Source: Podospora anserina (lineage: Eukaryota). From it: 64,000 nt of DNA. The position numbers and the translations under genes were made by a program. Shown in pieces: positions 39,234 to 51,600 of the stretch (positions within the stretch are counted from its first letter, which is position 1; each line of letters starts with the position of its first letter). The DNA is taken from positions 3,720,001-3,784,000 of the forward strand of contig CM030335.1 in assembly GCA_017654855.1 (NCBI GenBank), given 5' to 3'. The notes beneath the pieces are model-generated. The model was not told the DNA's origin and made no database searches. It saw nothing but the letters and a program-made list of their open reading frames with translations.

Positions 39234-42200
39234 ATGGATCCGCCAGCTTCCTCTCCGGTCTCGGCAGCATGCGCTCATCTTGACAACTCGTTTGGCCCTC
39301 ACGCCGGCGAGTGTCGAGGTGGATTCGACTTCACTCTATTTTTCGAAGAGACGATCCTCACAATCCTGCCCGCGGGACTCATCCTGCTCGTCTCACTTCC
39401 GAGAGTGTGGTTTATGTGGAGGAAAGCCAAGAAACTCACCAGTGGCAGTCACTTGGCAACTGTCAAAGTTGTATGTACTTTTCCCGGCCTGGCTCTCCTG
39501 TTTGTCAGCACCAGAGTACCTTTGATTCTAACAAATCATAATCTCACAGTCCACCTGGGTTGCGCTGGCTGTCCTTCAACTTGCAGCGCTGGTCCTCTGG
39601 TCAAGGCTCCCTTCCCCCGTCCGAACCCGGACCACCCTGGCCGCTGCTGCCCTCACCTTTGTTTCCTCTCTTGCCCTCTCGCTGCTGTCCTACGTTGAGC
39701 ACACTCGCAACGTACGACCGTCCTCCATCATCGGTGCCTTTCTCTTTGCTACCCTCTTGTTTGACATTGCACGGGCACGAACCTTGTGGTTACGCGACCC
39801 GTATGTTGTTTCTCTGGACGAAGACGGTGACTCGTTTGACATCAACAAGGAGAATTCCCTGGCTTACCTCGCCGTCACTGCTGTCGTGGTGAAGGGGTTC
39901 TTGCTTGTCGTTGAAGCCTTGAGCAAACGAAGGGTGCTTCGACCCGAGTTCAGGGGCTATGGCTACGGCCCCGAAGCGACAAGCGGCCTCTACAACCGGT
40001 CCTTTTTCTGGTGGCTCAATCCATTGTTTTGGAAGGGCTTCCAGAAAGGCCGGGTGTTGGATGTCGACAAGCGACGTGACCTCCCTGAGCTGGACAAGCA
40101 TCTTCAGGCCGGTTACAATTATCGGCGTTTGGGGAATGCATGGGCTGCCACTGTCTCTGGTAAGTCAGTCCCTCGACATGACCTTGCCCACAGCTGCTGA
40201 CAGTGACACACAGGCGGTGCTAAGAAGACCAAGTCACCTTATGCTTTATTGCTGACAGCATTTGGTGTCCTGAAATGGGTTGTCTTGAGCACAGTTCCTC
40301 CACGGGCTGCCCTCACAGCCCTCATGTTCTGCCAGCCATTTCTCATCAATCGCACCATCAGACTGTCACAGGAGCCCATCACCGATGAGAGCACTCAGAC
40401 TGGGTACGGCCTCATTGGGGCCTACTTCTTCGTCTATGTCGGCATTGCGGTATGTTCCTCTCATCACATCACCCCACATTGTGTACCGATGCTAACATCT
40501 CATCAATGCGTAGGTTACCATGGGACAGTACCAGCACAAGACATACCGTACCATCGCGATGGTTCGTGCAGGTCTCATCTCCATGATATATCACAAGACC
40601 AGCACTCTCAGTCTGAAGGACATTGATCCTGCTGCCTCCATGACGCTTATGAGTGCCGACATGGAGCGGATTGTGCAAGGATGGCAAACGATGCATGAGA
40701 TTTGGTCCAACTCCATTGAAGTAGGCGTTGCCATCTTTCTGTTGGAGCGGCAACTGGGCATTGCATGTGTAGTTCCCGTAGCTTTGTCAATCTGTGAGTC
40801 AACACGTGAATTTATCATTCGCAACGGTCATGCTGACAGCATATTACAGTGTCATTGCTTGGCTCCATGGTGGCTATGAACTTCATCGTCTCCCGGCAAG
40901 CCATGTGGTTGGAGGCCATTGAACGGCGTATTTCTGCCACATCAGCCATGTTATCATCCATGAAGGGCGTCAAGATGTGTGGTCTCAAGGACACATTGAT
41001 GGCCAGCATGCAGAAGCTCCGGGTGGACGAGCTTTGCATCTCCAAGCGGTTCCGTAAACTGATCATCTGGAACATGGTGTTTGGTGAGTCAACCCTGCCT
41101 TGAACCTCGCAATGCAACCAGTCGCTAACACATGACAGCCTATGTGACCCAGGTCTTTGCACCCGTTCTGACGTTTGCCATCTTTTCCGTCCGCGCACGG
41201 GATACTGGCGATAGGACGTTGGACACAGCGCGCGTCTTCACAGCGCTGTCACTGTTTGCCCTGCTCTCGGAGCCTTTGGCATCCCTTGTCATGTCCTTAG
41301 CGACGTTTCTGGGGTCCGTGGGTAGTTTCAGCCGCATTCAAAACTTCCTCCAGTCTGATGAGAGAGAAGATCCCCGAAAACAGGACCCTCACATGGTCTC
41401 GTCTGAGCACTCGCTCGATTTGGCTTTGCCAATCGTGGACATGGAGAAGCCTTCGCCCCATGCCATTTTTATCGAGAAAGGTGACTTTGGTTGGGATGCT
41501 GAAAAGTCTCCTATCCTCAGCGACATTACCTTGACTGTGCCATGGCGCCAGTTGACCATGGTGGTTGGGCCGGTTGGGTGTGGCAAGTCCACTCTGCTCC
41601 AGTCCATCTTGGGCGAGATTCCTTCACTGTCGGGCTCTGTTCACCTTGGCTCGACCAGTGTTGCCTACTGCTCTCAAGACCCTTGGCACATGAATGGCAC
41701 CATTAGAGAAGCCATTCTCGGCACCGCCAAGTATGATCCCAAATGGTACGGAAGAGTTCTCCGCGCCTGTGCTCTTGGTCGTGATCTCAAAGAGCTTCCT
41801 CACGGTGACTCCTCTCGGATAGGATCCGGTGGAATCGCTCTCTCAGGTGGCCAGAGCCAACGCATCGCCTTGGCAAGAGCGGTCTATGCCCGCCGTGAGA
41901 TTGTCATCTTGGATGATGTCCTCAGTGGTCTCGACACCTCAACCGAGAACCATGTTTTCCACAGTCTATTTGGTGTGAAAGGCATCTTCACAGAGACGAA
42001 AGCTACCGTCCTGCTTGTCTCCTCTTCGGTCAAAAGACTGCCTTACGCTGCGTATGTCGTTTGTCTTGATTCCAGCGGCACGATCAGTGCTCAAGGAACG
42101 TTTGACGAGCTCAACCACGCCGGCACTGGTTACGTGTCTACTTTCTCCCTGGCCTCTAGACCGGACTGGACTTTCAAGCCAGACGACGATCACTTCAGTG

Positions 42201-44258
42201 ATGATGATGATACCACTGATGTTGATCGTCCAAAGGAGCTGCATGAGACCGACTGTGGGACTTCGGTCTCGGGCTCTTCCAGAGAGAGGATTTCCCATTC
42301 TCACAGTCCTGAAAGGGCTGCTTCTTCCTCGTCAGAGATCCAGACAGTGAATGAAGCTGACGCAATCAACACACTGGACTCGGGGAGACAGACTGGTGAT
42401 GTGCAGATTTATACTTACTACATCAAGTCTGTGGGGCTGTGGCCGACCTTGATCTTTGTTTTGGGCATTGTTGCGTTTGTTTTTTGTATTTCGTTTCCGA
42501 GTGAGTTCCTACCTTGCTTGATCCTTTCTTGCTTTGAGGCAAACACTAACATTACCATAGCTGTCTGGGTTCAATGGTGGGCTGCAGAAAATGAGATTCG
42601 CCCCAACGATAACCTGGGATATTGGATTGGTCTTTATGCCATGTTTGGTGGTATCGCCATTGTTGGTCTCACCATTGGCTGTTGGTATGTTATCCTTGCT
42701 ATCGTCAGATTTGTCATGTGTACTGACCGGCAACAGGCAAATGATCATCAAGATGGTACCTCTGTCCGGAGAAAAGTTCCACCTGGCGCTCCTGAAGACC
42801 GTTCTGAGTGCACCCATGTCCTTCTTTGTCAAGACAGACACAGGCGTCACCATGAACCGCTTCAGCCAGGACTTGCAACTCATTGACATGGAGCTCCCCA
42901 TCGCTGCCCTCAACACATTCACCACGTTGATTCTTTGCATCGCGCAGATGGCGCTCATCGGTGTTGGCTCCATCTATGCGGCCATCTCCTTCCCCATCGT
43001 TCTCATCACACTCTATCTCGTCCAGAAGTTTTACCTTCGCACATCCCGCCAGATCCGATTGATCGATATTGAAACCAAGGCGCCATTGTACTCCTTATTT
43101 GAGGAGTCGCTCCGCGGAATTGCCACCATCCGCGCTTTCGGCTGGCAAGACGCCCTCGAGAAAAAGAATCACACCCTCCTCAACCGCTCCATGAAACCGT
43201 TCTACCTCATGTATGCCGTCCAACGCTGGCTTACTCTTGTCCTGGACCTTCTTGTTGCAGCCATCGCTGTTCTTCTCATTATCCTCGTTGTCAATCTCCG
43301 CGGTACTGTTGCCGCAGGTGGTGTTGGGCTCGCACTGCTGAATGTCATCCAGTTCAGCCAGAGCGTCAAACTTCTCGTCACATTTTGGACAACCCTTGAG
43401 ACGCAAATTGGTTCGGTAGCTCGCATCAAGAGCTTCACCAGCACCGCTGTCCCATCTGAGGACCTTCCCGGCGAAGATCAAACTCCACCACCAAACTGGC
43501 CTCAGAAGGGTGCCATTGAGATCAAGAATTTCACGGCCGCGTACAACGAGGGTGACTCAGACCCTGTACTCAAGAACATCTCTCTTTCCATCGCTGCCGG
43601 AGAAAAGGTTGCTATCTGCGGCCGAACAGGAAGCGGCAAGACCTGTCTTGTGTCTTCGCTCTTCCGCATGACCGCTACTCACGCTGGCTCCATCTGCATT
43701 GACGGGGTGGACACGTCCACGATTCCCCGTGAGGATGTCCGCCGCCGGTTGGTCGGTGTCCCGCAGCATCCTTTCCTCCTGAAAGGGTCTGTAAGACTCA
43801 ACGCCGACCCTCTTGGTCAAGCCACGGATGCACAAATACAGACTGCACTCCAAGAGGTCAAAGTCTGGGATATTGTCAGCAGATTTGGCGGACTGGATGC
43901 CGACATTGACAGCCTCAATCTTTCGCAGGGGCAGAGGCAGCTGTTCTGTCTTGCTCGTGCAATAGTGCGGCCGGGGAATATCCTTGTCTTGGACGAGGCC
44001 ACCAGTACCTTGGACGGGAAGACAGAGGAGATGGTTCAAAGGTTGATTAGGAGGAAGTTTTGCGACTACACCATCCTTGCTGTGGCGCACAGGCTGGATA
44101 CCATTATGGATTTTGACAAGGTGGTTGTGCTAGATAAGGGTAAGGTGGTCGAGTTTGATCGTCCTTGGAAGCTGGTGGAGGAGGAAGGGGAAGGGGGCAT
44201 GTTTAAGAAGCTGTGGTTGAAGAGCGTGGAGGAGGATATTGAGGATGTTCCGGAATGA
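39234..44258 (+). CDS. ABCC/MRP-type ABC transporter (about 1,534 aa)
   Basis: N-terminus DNSFGP..CRGGFDFTLFFEE. NBD1: GPVGCGKS, LSGGQ, VILDD. NBD2: GRTGSGKT, LSQGQRQ, LVLDEAT. Introns at 39471-39549, 40160-40213, 40450-40513, 40794-40849, 41084-41138, 42501-42560 and 42685-42736 all keep the frame. Confidence 0.95.
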
Positions 44259-44711
44259 AGGACACCTCGGTGACTTTGGGATGAAAAGGGGATCATTAGT
44301 TGGTGATGTTTTTCATTGGTGCAGATATTGTCTCTAGCTGTAGATACCTCGATTTGAGTTTATGAGTTTATGTAACAATGAATTTCAGTCAACATGTTAC
44401 TAGACCGAGACAGCGGATAGAGGTGGGGTCGTGTCTTGGGCTTGCCGAGACAATTCGGGAACCTGGAACAGGGGCCGGGGCCGGAGATATGGCAAATTTG
44501 GCGGGGTAATGACGGATTAAAGTGGGGGGCGGGGAGCTGGAGGGGCTGCTTATTTCGTGCTCAGCAGTGCTTGTCGAAAATAAATAGAAAGCAAGAGATC
44601 GTGATCGACGCCTGTTCAGAAACACTTGAAGCAGACACGCTCAGCCCTCCATCTCTCCTCCTGTTCCTTCGCTGCAAAAGCATCAGCTCGAATCCCCAGA
44701 ACCCCTGTACA

Positions 44712-45598
44712 ATGGCGTCCAATCCTCCCGCGAAATGCTGCACCATTGGTGTCAAGCACGAGTAAGCATCAACCCGACACAGCACAGTGCGCCATCGCTG
44801 ACCACGCGCCTATTCTTTTCAAGAGGTGAAACCACAGGCCAATCCATCAAAGTAGCCAACAAGCATGACGCCTACCTCGCGACGCCCACCGCCGACAAGG
44901 CCCACAAGGGTGCTGGCATCCTCCTTATCCCCGACGTCATCGGTATTTGGAAAAACAGCAAGTTGATCGCCGACCAGTTTGCTGCCAATGGATACTTGAC
45001 CTTGTTGATCGACGTGTTCAATGGCGACGCGCTGCCCCTGAACCGCTCAGGGCCCTTCGACTTCAACGCGTGGTTGACCAAGGGCTCTGATGGAAACAAC
45101 CCTCACACAAAGGAGGCTGTCGATCCTATTGTTGAAGATGCGATCAAGGCACTCAAGGAAGAATACGGGGTGGAGAAGCTGGGGGCTGTTGGGTATTGCT
45201 TCGGTGCCAAGGTAGACCCGCTCACTTTGTTCGAAATCATGCCAGCTGCGTGCGGAGTGCTAACACGTGGAATGCAGTATGTCGTCAGACATTACAAGGA
45301 TGGCATCAAGGTCGGTTATGCTGCCCACCCCTCGTTTGTCGAGGAGGACGAGTTGGCTGCTATTCAGGGCCCTTTCAGCATTGCTGCGGCCGAAACTGAC
45401 TCCATCTTCCCTGCCGAGAAGCGCCACAGGAGCGAGGAGATTCTGCAAAAGACCGGTCAACCGTACCAGATCAACCTCTACTCTGGCGTTGAACATGGCT
45501 TTGCTGTCAGAGGGGACCCGAACAAGAAGGTGACGAGGTATGCCAAGGAGCAGGCCTTCTTGCAGGCGGTCACCTGGTTTGACAACTACTTGCTCTAG
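44712..45598 (+). CDS. Dienelactone hydrolase family protein (about 252 aa)
   Basis: MASNPPAKCC start, GYCFG nucleophile motif, AHPS, AETD and HGFAVR. Introns at 44762-44823 and 45212-45277. Confidence 0.92.
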
Positions 45599-45852
45599 AT
45601 GAAGTCAGATTATGTTATAGCCAAAGCCTGTATGATGACCTGTCACAATACACCTTTAAGTTGTCAGCGTAAACACATCTCGGAACTAAACCGCAACTTT
45701 TGATGTATTGATAAAGTGTGATGTGGATATGTTGAAATATGTTCGATTGCTGATTGACTATTGGTTCTTTTCTTTTGCAACAGTATGGGCGGGCTGGCCT
45801 GGGACCAATTTCGGTCGGAGTATTTACCTTAGGTACCAGGTAATCCAACCCC

Positions 45853-47936
45853 TCAACGTAGTCGACCGCGGGTGTGTCGGGCAAGAATGAGAGCCAACAG
45901 AGAGACGGAATACAGAAACGAAACCAAAGCCGCAGTTATCACAGTCCCACCCGCCTTCCCACCATCCTCTCTTCGCAGTCCCACCATCATCAGATTATCT
46001 GGAAGACGCATATCATAGTCTAAAAGTCCCAGAGATGTTTGTATCATGCTGATAGGAAAGGCCGCGGAGACCGAAAAGCATATAACCCAGTATTTATGGC
46101 TTCTAGTCCAACGCCAGAGTCCCCGCCAAACACCAACACTCCTACACAGGATGACGTCCACAAAAGATATTTGACCACCTTTCAAACCGTTGTTTGTAGC
46201 ATGGTTGAGTTGGCCGTTGGCCATTTGTAACGGTGATTCAATCTCCATGATCTGAAGTTCGCGTGTGGTGGTCTCAGCAAGAAAAAGGACCGACTTCCAC
46301 TTCCTGGGCACCTTTGCCTCTGCGTTGGAAAGCAAGTTCCAGTAGGCATTAGCCCACAGTAAACAGACACTCAGAGTCCAAATCAGGAGGGTGGGCGACT
46401 ACTAGGCACAATTGAACGTAGGAGAAGCCCCATCGGTACCGCTATTTGGAATTTCGATCAGCTACATGCTGTGTAAAACAGTAAAGGACAAGGTTGACAG
46501 AATTTAGTTTCTACGTGTACTCTTCTTTTATGAAAGGTTGACATACCCCTGTAGTTGGTTGACAAGAGCCGTACTGAGCGATATAGTCCAAATTGTATAT
46601 CCGCCCGGAGACTGTAAGCTGAACCTTTTGCTTGTCCTTGAAGGAGGTTAAGTTAGTGTCGAAACTTCCCGGAAGGAGACACTGATTCCCGAAATAATAG
46701 GCCGAGATATTTAGCGGAGTTCCTTCTAAGACCTTGTCACCCCAAAATGTTGTGGAAGGCGGCGACCGCAGTACGGAATGCCCAAAAAGCGACCCATGGA
46801 AGCCATACCTTCCGACATACTCAGCGGCCGGGTCTCTGACTCTGCCTTCTTCAAAGCCTGCTTCCCCGATCATGGGACAGGCCGTTCTAAGCTGGTAGAA
46901 CATGTGGTCTAACAGGGGATCGCCTTGAACCATTTCAACCACAATAGGGGAAATAAATAATGAACGCCCGTAAAGGAATCGATGGCTCTCTTACCTACCT
47001 TTGCTGGATAACATGGTGAGAGTTCGTTGGTCTCCACTGAACATCCATGGGCACCACAAACGTTTGGTCCGATTGATCCGCTCGCCGTCATGAATAACGT
47101 ATGCAATGGGGCGAAATTCGGCAAATCGTATATAATTGCCTGTCTCTTACTCAACGACGAACGATTCGGTGCTAGCAGCGTAGCCGGTCATGGCGCTGGT
47201 AAGAGTGGGGAATGCCAAAATGAGTGTCAGTGACATGACGATGAAGGCAATAGCCACCCTTGATTGAACTATACGGTAGAAGGTCCTGTTACTGAGAAGA
47301 CGGTAGATTGCATCAATGGATGACTCCTGGCGTAAATAAATCATCCAGAATGTGGAATAGGAGACAGATCCGGTTTCAAGTGTTGATGCTATATAGTCGG
47401 ATAAAACGCGCCATAAGAGGCACGAAATCAAGAGCTGACCTAGACGCCCGACTAACCACACACGCAGTTAGGAGGCCTCACATTGCTAAATCAGCCGGTT
47501 TCGGGGGAATATTTACCAGGTCCCATGCAATATCAAGACCTTTGGCCTGAGAGAACGTAAAACTTCCTCCTCCGTATGTGATTTGAAAAAGGCCGGACTG
47601 AGACCACCAATTGTAACCTGTGCTCACAGGACTGAACGTGTCATCAGGGCGACAAGCAGTCGGGTTGGCAATCCAAGAGGCCCATAGCGGAAGGCCAATC
47701 GTGAGTGAGACTAACAACGAAAACCAGAGAAGAAACGAAAACCAGAGAAGGAACGAAAACCAGAGAAGGAACGAAGACCAGAGAAGGAACGAAGACCATA
47801 GAGCTAGACGAAGCCAGTGGCATTTAATAGTGACCTCATCAGCCTCCGGTGTTTTTGCTGAGATGCTCGACGGTGATGACACGTAAGAATTTCCAGCGAT
47901 TGCCGCCGTAGAGCAGGACCCTGCATTTGTACTCAT
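45853..47936 (-). pseudogene. Fungal-specific multi-pass membrane protein, probably disabled
   Basis: Blocks FQITYG.G.FTFSQAKGLDIAWDL, LAFPTLTSAMTGY, AYVIHDGERI, QYGSCQP and YRWGFS. In-frame TAA at 47147-47149 (FVVE*ETGNY) and an apparent +1 frameshift near 46394. Confidence 0.65.
47716..47800 (+). repeat. 18-bp tandem repeat (about 4.7 copies of AACGAARACCAGAGAAGR), coding on the minus strand for (F/S)SFLLW-type units
   Basis: Visible directly in the sequence; the minus-strand translation reads LWSSFLLWSSFLLWFSFLLWFSFLLWFSLL. Confidence 0.95.
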
Positions 47937-49050
47937 ACTCTCATGGGATAAACCACGGGGTCAACCTTTCAAAGAGGAGACATAGATAGGTATGTGAAAA
48001 TGAACCGAGCGGCGAACGGGGAACCCTTTTCCCTTTCCATGTTCGAGTCGGGGGCCGGCGTAAGACTGGCACACGTTGCCTGAGTGCAAGATGTAACATC
48101 AATAATTATCTCACCTGGAACATCGCAAGCAAAATTGCTTCTCGCATTGTTGAATCAGCGGTAACGGTATGCCCAACGTTGGACAGAGGAAAGCCACAAA
48201 TTGATGCCTGCAATGTTGTTTCAAGATTAAGGCACAGCTGAGAAGAGAAGGCAGTGTTGAAAGCGTCGATGCCTACCCTATCTACCTACCTTATTTACGT
48301 GCGGACAGCACCGATCAGCATACATGTAGGGAAGGCAGCTACGGCAGGCACCGCCACTTTTGAGATGTCGGTAGATAACACATTACATGTAAGATAGGTA
48401 GGCAAGTCACTGACCTTTGTAAGCACCAGATGTAACCTGATAACTAACCTGGAAATTGCCTGCATTGTTCGAGGCTTCGAGCCAGAGATTCAGGGTGTTG
48501 GGGCGGAAGGGACTCGACTATAGCGGCTGCAACAGACCATCGAGAGGACTTTCCCACCTTGGATCGGTGTACCATATCGGACCCTGGATCTAGTCATCAC
48601 CCACAATCATGAGCCACTGGAACTTCACGTGGAACCATTTCGCACTGATTCCTGGGATTGCGACCAGTTGGCAAACTACCTAGGGTCTTTGGCATGCAGG
48701 TGATGCCAGACCAAGTTGGGAAAAACGCGAACACTTCGCACATGAGTAAGTTCAAGAACGATTGTTGTCTCTATCTCATGATAGGTAAGGTAAGGTAACC
48801 ATGACTTGATTATTTACATCGCGTCCATTTTATGCATGGAGTAGACACTAACGCGTGCCATATGCTAGAACAAAGTATGTGTCAAGTCCCATTCACAAGC
48901 TCGGCTATCGCCAAAACCGTTTCCTCTTGTGATACATCATATGTACTAGGTAGGTCCCTTGTTTTCTGGCCGACCCAAATTTCCCGCCTTCACTGTAGCC
49001 ATCGTTGATTCCTCCGTACATGACCAAAGCATAAAAGAATGTGCATCATT

Positions 49051-50548
49051 CTAGGCTTCCGCGTCGCCAACAGCTTGCTCATCAAGCGGCTTTTGTGTCC
49101 ATACCGTTGAGCTAAGCCGAGTCAAACGTTAGCAAATCTGCAGCCAAAAGTAGAAAGTGGGTTCAAACTTACCACCCATAATAGGCATGATAGTTGGGGT
49201 TGGCCAACGCGCTCCTCATCTTGCTGCACAAAACCTGCACCTCCTCAAACTCCCACCCCAAGATCTTCACCGCAAGGTAAAGAACATACCCCTCCAGCCC
49301 TTCCAAGCAGCTCTGCTTGTTAAAGGCTCCGACCTCTTTCCACTTCTTGTCCTTTGGCCATGTCCCCAAGGGCAACTTGTAATGCTCGACGTTGAACGGC
49401 CCAGGAAAGCCTGCTTCTTTCATCCACTCGGCATTCTTGCCCTTGTCGGACACCAAAAAGGTGCGGCCGATTTTCTCACCAGCTTCGGCAAAAATCCTGT
49501 TCCAGATGGCGTAAGGATGTTTTGGATCCTCGATGGGGATGGAGCCGTCGTCGGAGGCGATGCGGATGGTGAAGTCGGTGTGCTCGAGCCAGCCGCCCGG
49601 CTTGAGGCAGCGGTAGGCTTGGCGGTAGAGTTTGGGCCAGTCTTCGATGGAGCCGATGAGGAAGCGGAGGTGAACGAGGTCGAACTTGTCAGCGGAGAAG
49701 GTCCAGTCCAAGGAGGCGTCATCAAGCTCGAAACGGCAGTTGGGGGGCGTCCATGTTGGCTGTATATTTTTTTTGGTAAGTATTTTGGTCATGAAACATG
49801 GGATATCGCATAAAGTGGTGGACACACCTGAATGGGAGAAAGATCAGTGCCGATGACTTCGGCGGCGGGAAATTGGTCCGCGCAGTCCCTTTTCATCATG
49901 TCAATATTGTGGTTCCCGAGTAGGAGGTGCAAGATAAACTTACAAGGCCCAAATACCGGTTCCGGTGCCCACGTCAAGAATAGCATCTGGGTCTTCAACT
50001 GGTGACCGGAAAAGCGAGTTGTTGTGGATCAGATACATCATGTGGTGGCTGCATGTGCGTCAGTAATAAGCCCCATTCCCTAGCGATCAGATCTGATTAA
50101 CAAGAAAAGCAGGTATAAACATACTGCAAATCCAACCCATCATTTTGCTTGTCATCATTAGGTGCCCAGTACTCGGCCTCCTTGAAATTCTGATATGTGC
50201 GTCCATGAATCTCACGGTACTGCAAGATGGAAGAGCTGAGAGACGCGGTGGAAGATTCGGCACTGAAGCAGTAAATTTTAGCAACTGGCGAATATTACCA
50301 CTCGTTGACAATTGTGGGTGGTCGTTGGACATACTATCCAAGGGCAGAGTCACCATCACCTTGAACCTCGGTTTCAAACTCGGGATCCTGGACAATTGGT
50401 CAGCTTTTAGGGAGCGAGACATTGGTAAACTCGTCACACTCACCACAATGATGGGCGCGGCCTCCTCTCCGTGCGTGCCCGCTTCGGCGGCTGCCGCCGG
50501 TGGGCTCGAAGGAGCAGCGGGCGAAGATGGCGGCTTAGAAGACCCCAT
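49051..50548 (-). CDS. LaeA-like (LLM) SAM-dependent methyltransferase
   Basis: SSILQYREIHGRTY, YWAPND, SAM motif ILDVGTGTGIWA, GTDLSPIQP, FELDD and LKPGGWLE. Six GT-AG introns reconstruct in frame; the protein ends QKPLDEQAVGDAEA*. Confidence 0.9.
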
Positions 50549-51600
50549 CTCGGCGGTAATGGCACTCCGAATCGGTTGGGAGCACAGAGGCGTATTTGTG
50601 TAATGTGAGGTGCCGGTCGGACTTTTTAGACGAGATGCGGCGATGTGGTTGTACGGCGTTGGTGTGGAGTGGGCCGGGGGACGATCAAGCCTGCGGAAGA
50701 GGCGGCGGCGCGGGCGGGAATGGCTCGGAAACGCGAACGGGACGACAGGTTGTGTAACGTGAGAAGTCGACGACGAGATGGATTGAACAGACGGCCTTTT
50801 CTCTCGCCAGCAGCGGGGTTTCGGAGCGACAGTGGGTGTGCCACAGCTTCCAGAAGGGAGGAATGATCCGTTCCGATTTCCGATAGTGTGAAGACCCCTG
50901 CCGTGACCCCCGCTGGAGTTGGTTTGTGATGTGGTGAACAATCCTTGCAGCAAGTCCGACAGGATGCGATTTGTCAGGAGGTTTCCTTTGTTCGGGACGC
51001 AAGACAAGCAGATGCAGACTACTCATGTATTGCCCAAGTCTTGTCCAATAGGATGCTTTCGCGGCCTCGACTTGCAGGTGCAGCAAACTGGTATGCGCGC
51101 AGGTAGGTATTCCTTTTGGTCCACGTGCATAATGCTACCCTGCTCAGCATGCGAAATATGTCCTGTTCTGTCGTGTCAAGACGCTTGAAGACGGGGCTCA
51201 GAACTGGCATTAAGGCTGGCTCTATTAGCAACGTTAGACTTATCATTTTCTTGCCAACACAACTGCCCTGCACCTTCTTGATGAACCTGGAACTCGAGAG
51301 CGAAAGCGGTTCTGTTGATTATCTAGACCCTGACCAATCAGAAGGCAGCGGAACGGTTCAGGGGCTCAGGGGTGGGCTTCAAGGGGCTCATGAGCGGTTG
51401 GTGTCCCCCCCCTGTGCCCATCTCCAAATGCCATTGGCCAAAATCACCAAAATGCCTGCTTTTTTTCCAGCTTTTTGGAATTGTCCACATCAAAATGGAG
51501 AATAAAATACATCCTTGTCATCATAAAGAGCTACCGTGCAACTCCCCACGCTCCCACGCTCCTCGAACCACTGATCCGCTTCGCCAACTTTCGACTGCCA

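Noticed and set aside
47620-47886. Plus-strand ORF with NENQRR repeats
   Set aside because: It is the antisense reading of the 18-bp VNTR inside the minus-strand membrane-protein gene.
47940-49050. Gene-free stretch with TAGG/TACC and GTAAG micro-repeats as a possible transposon relic or ncRNA
   Set aside because: No terminal repeats, transposase or RT fragments, AT-rich RIP signature or tRNA-like structure were visible. Such repeats are common in intergenic DNA of these fungi.
50549-51007. Long upstream in-frame extension of the methyltransferase ORF
   Set aside because: It is low-information GC-rich 5' UTR/promoter sequence. The family-typical start is MGSSKPPSSP at 50548.
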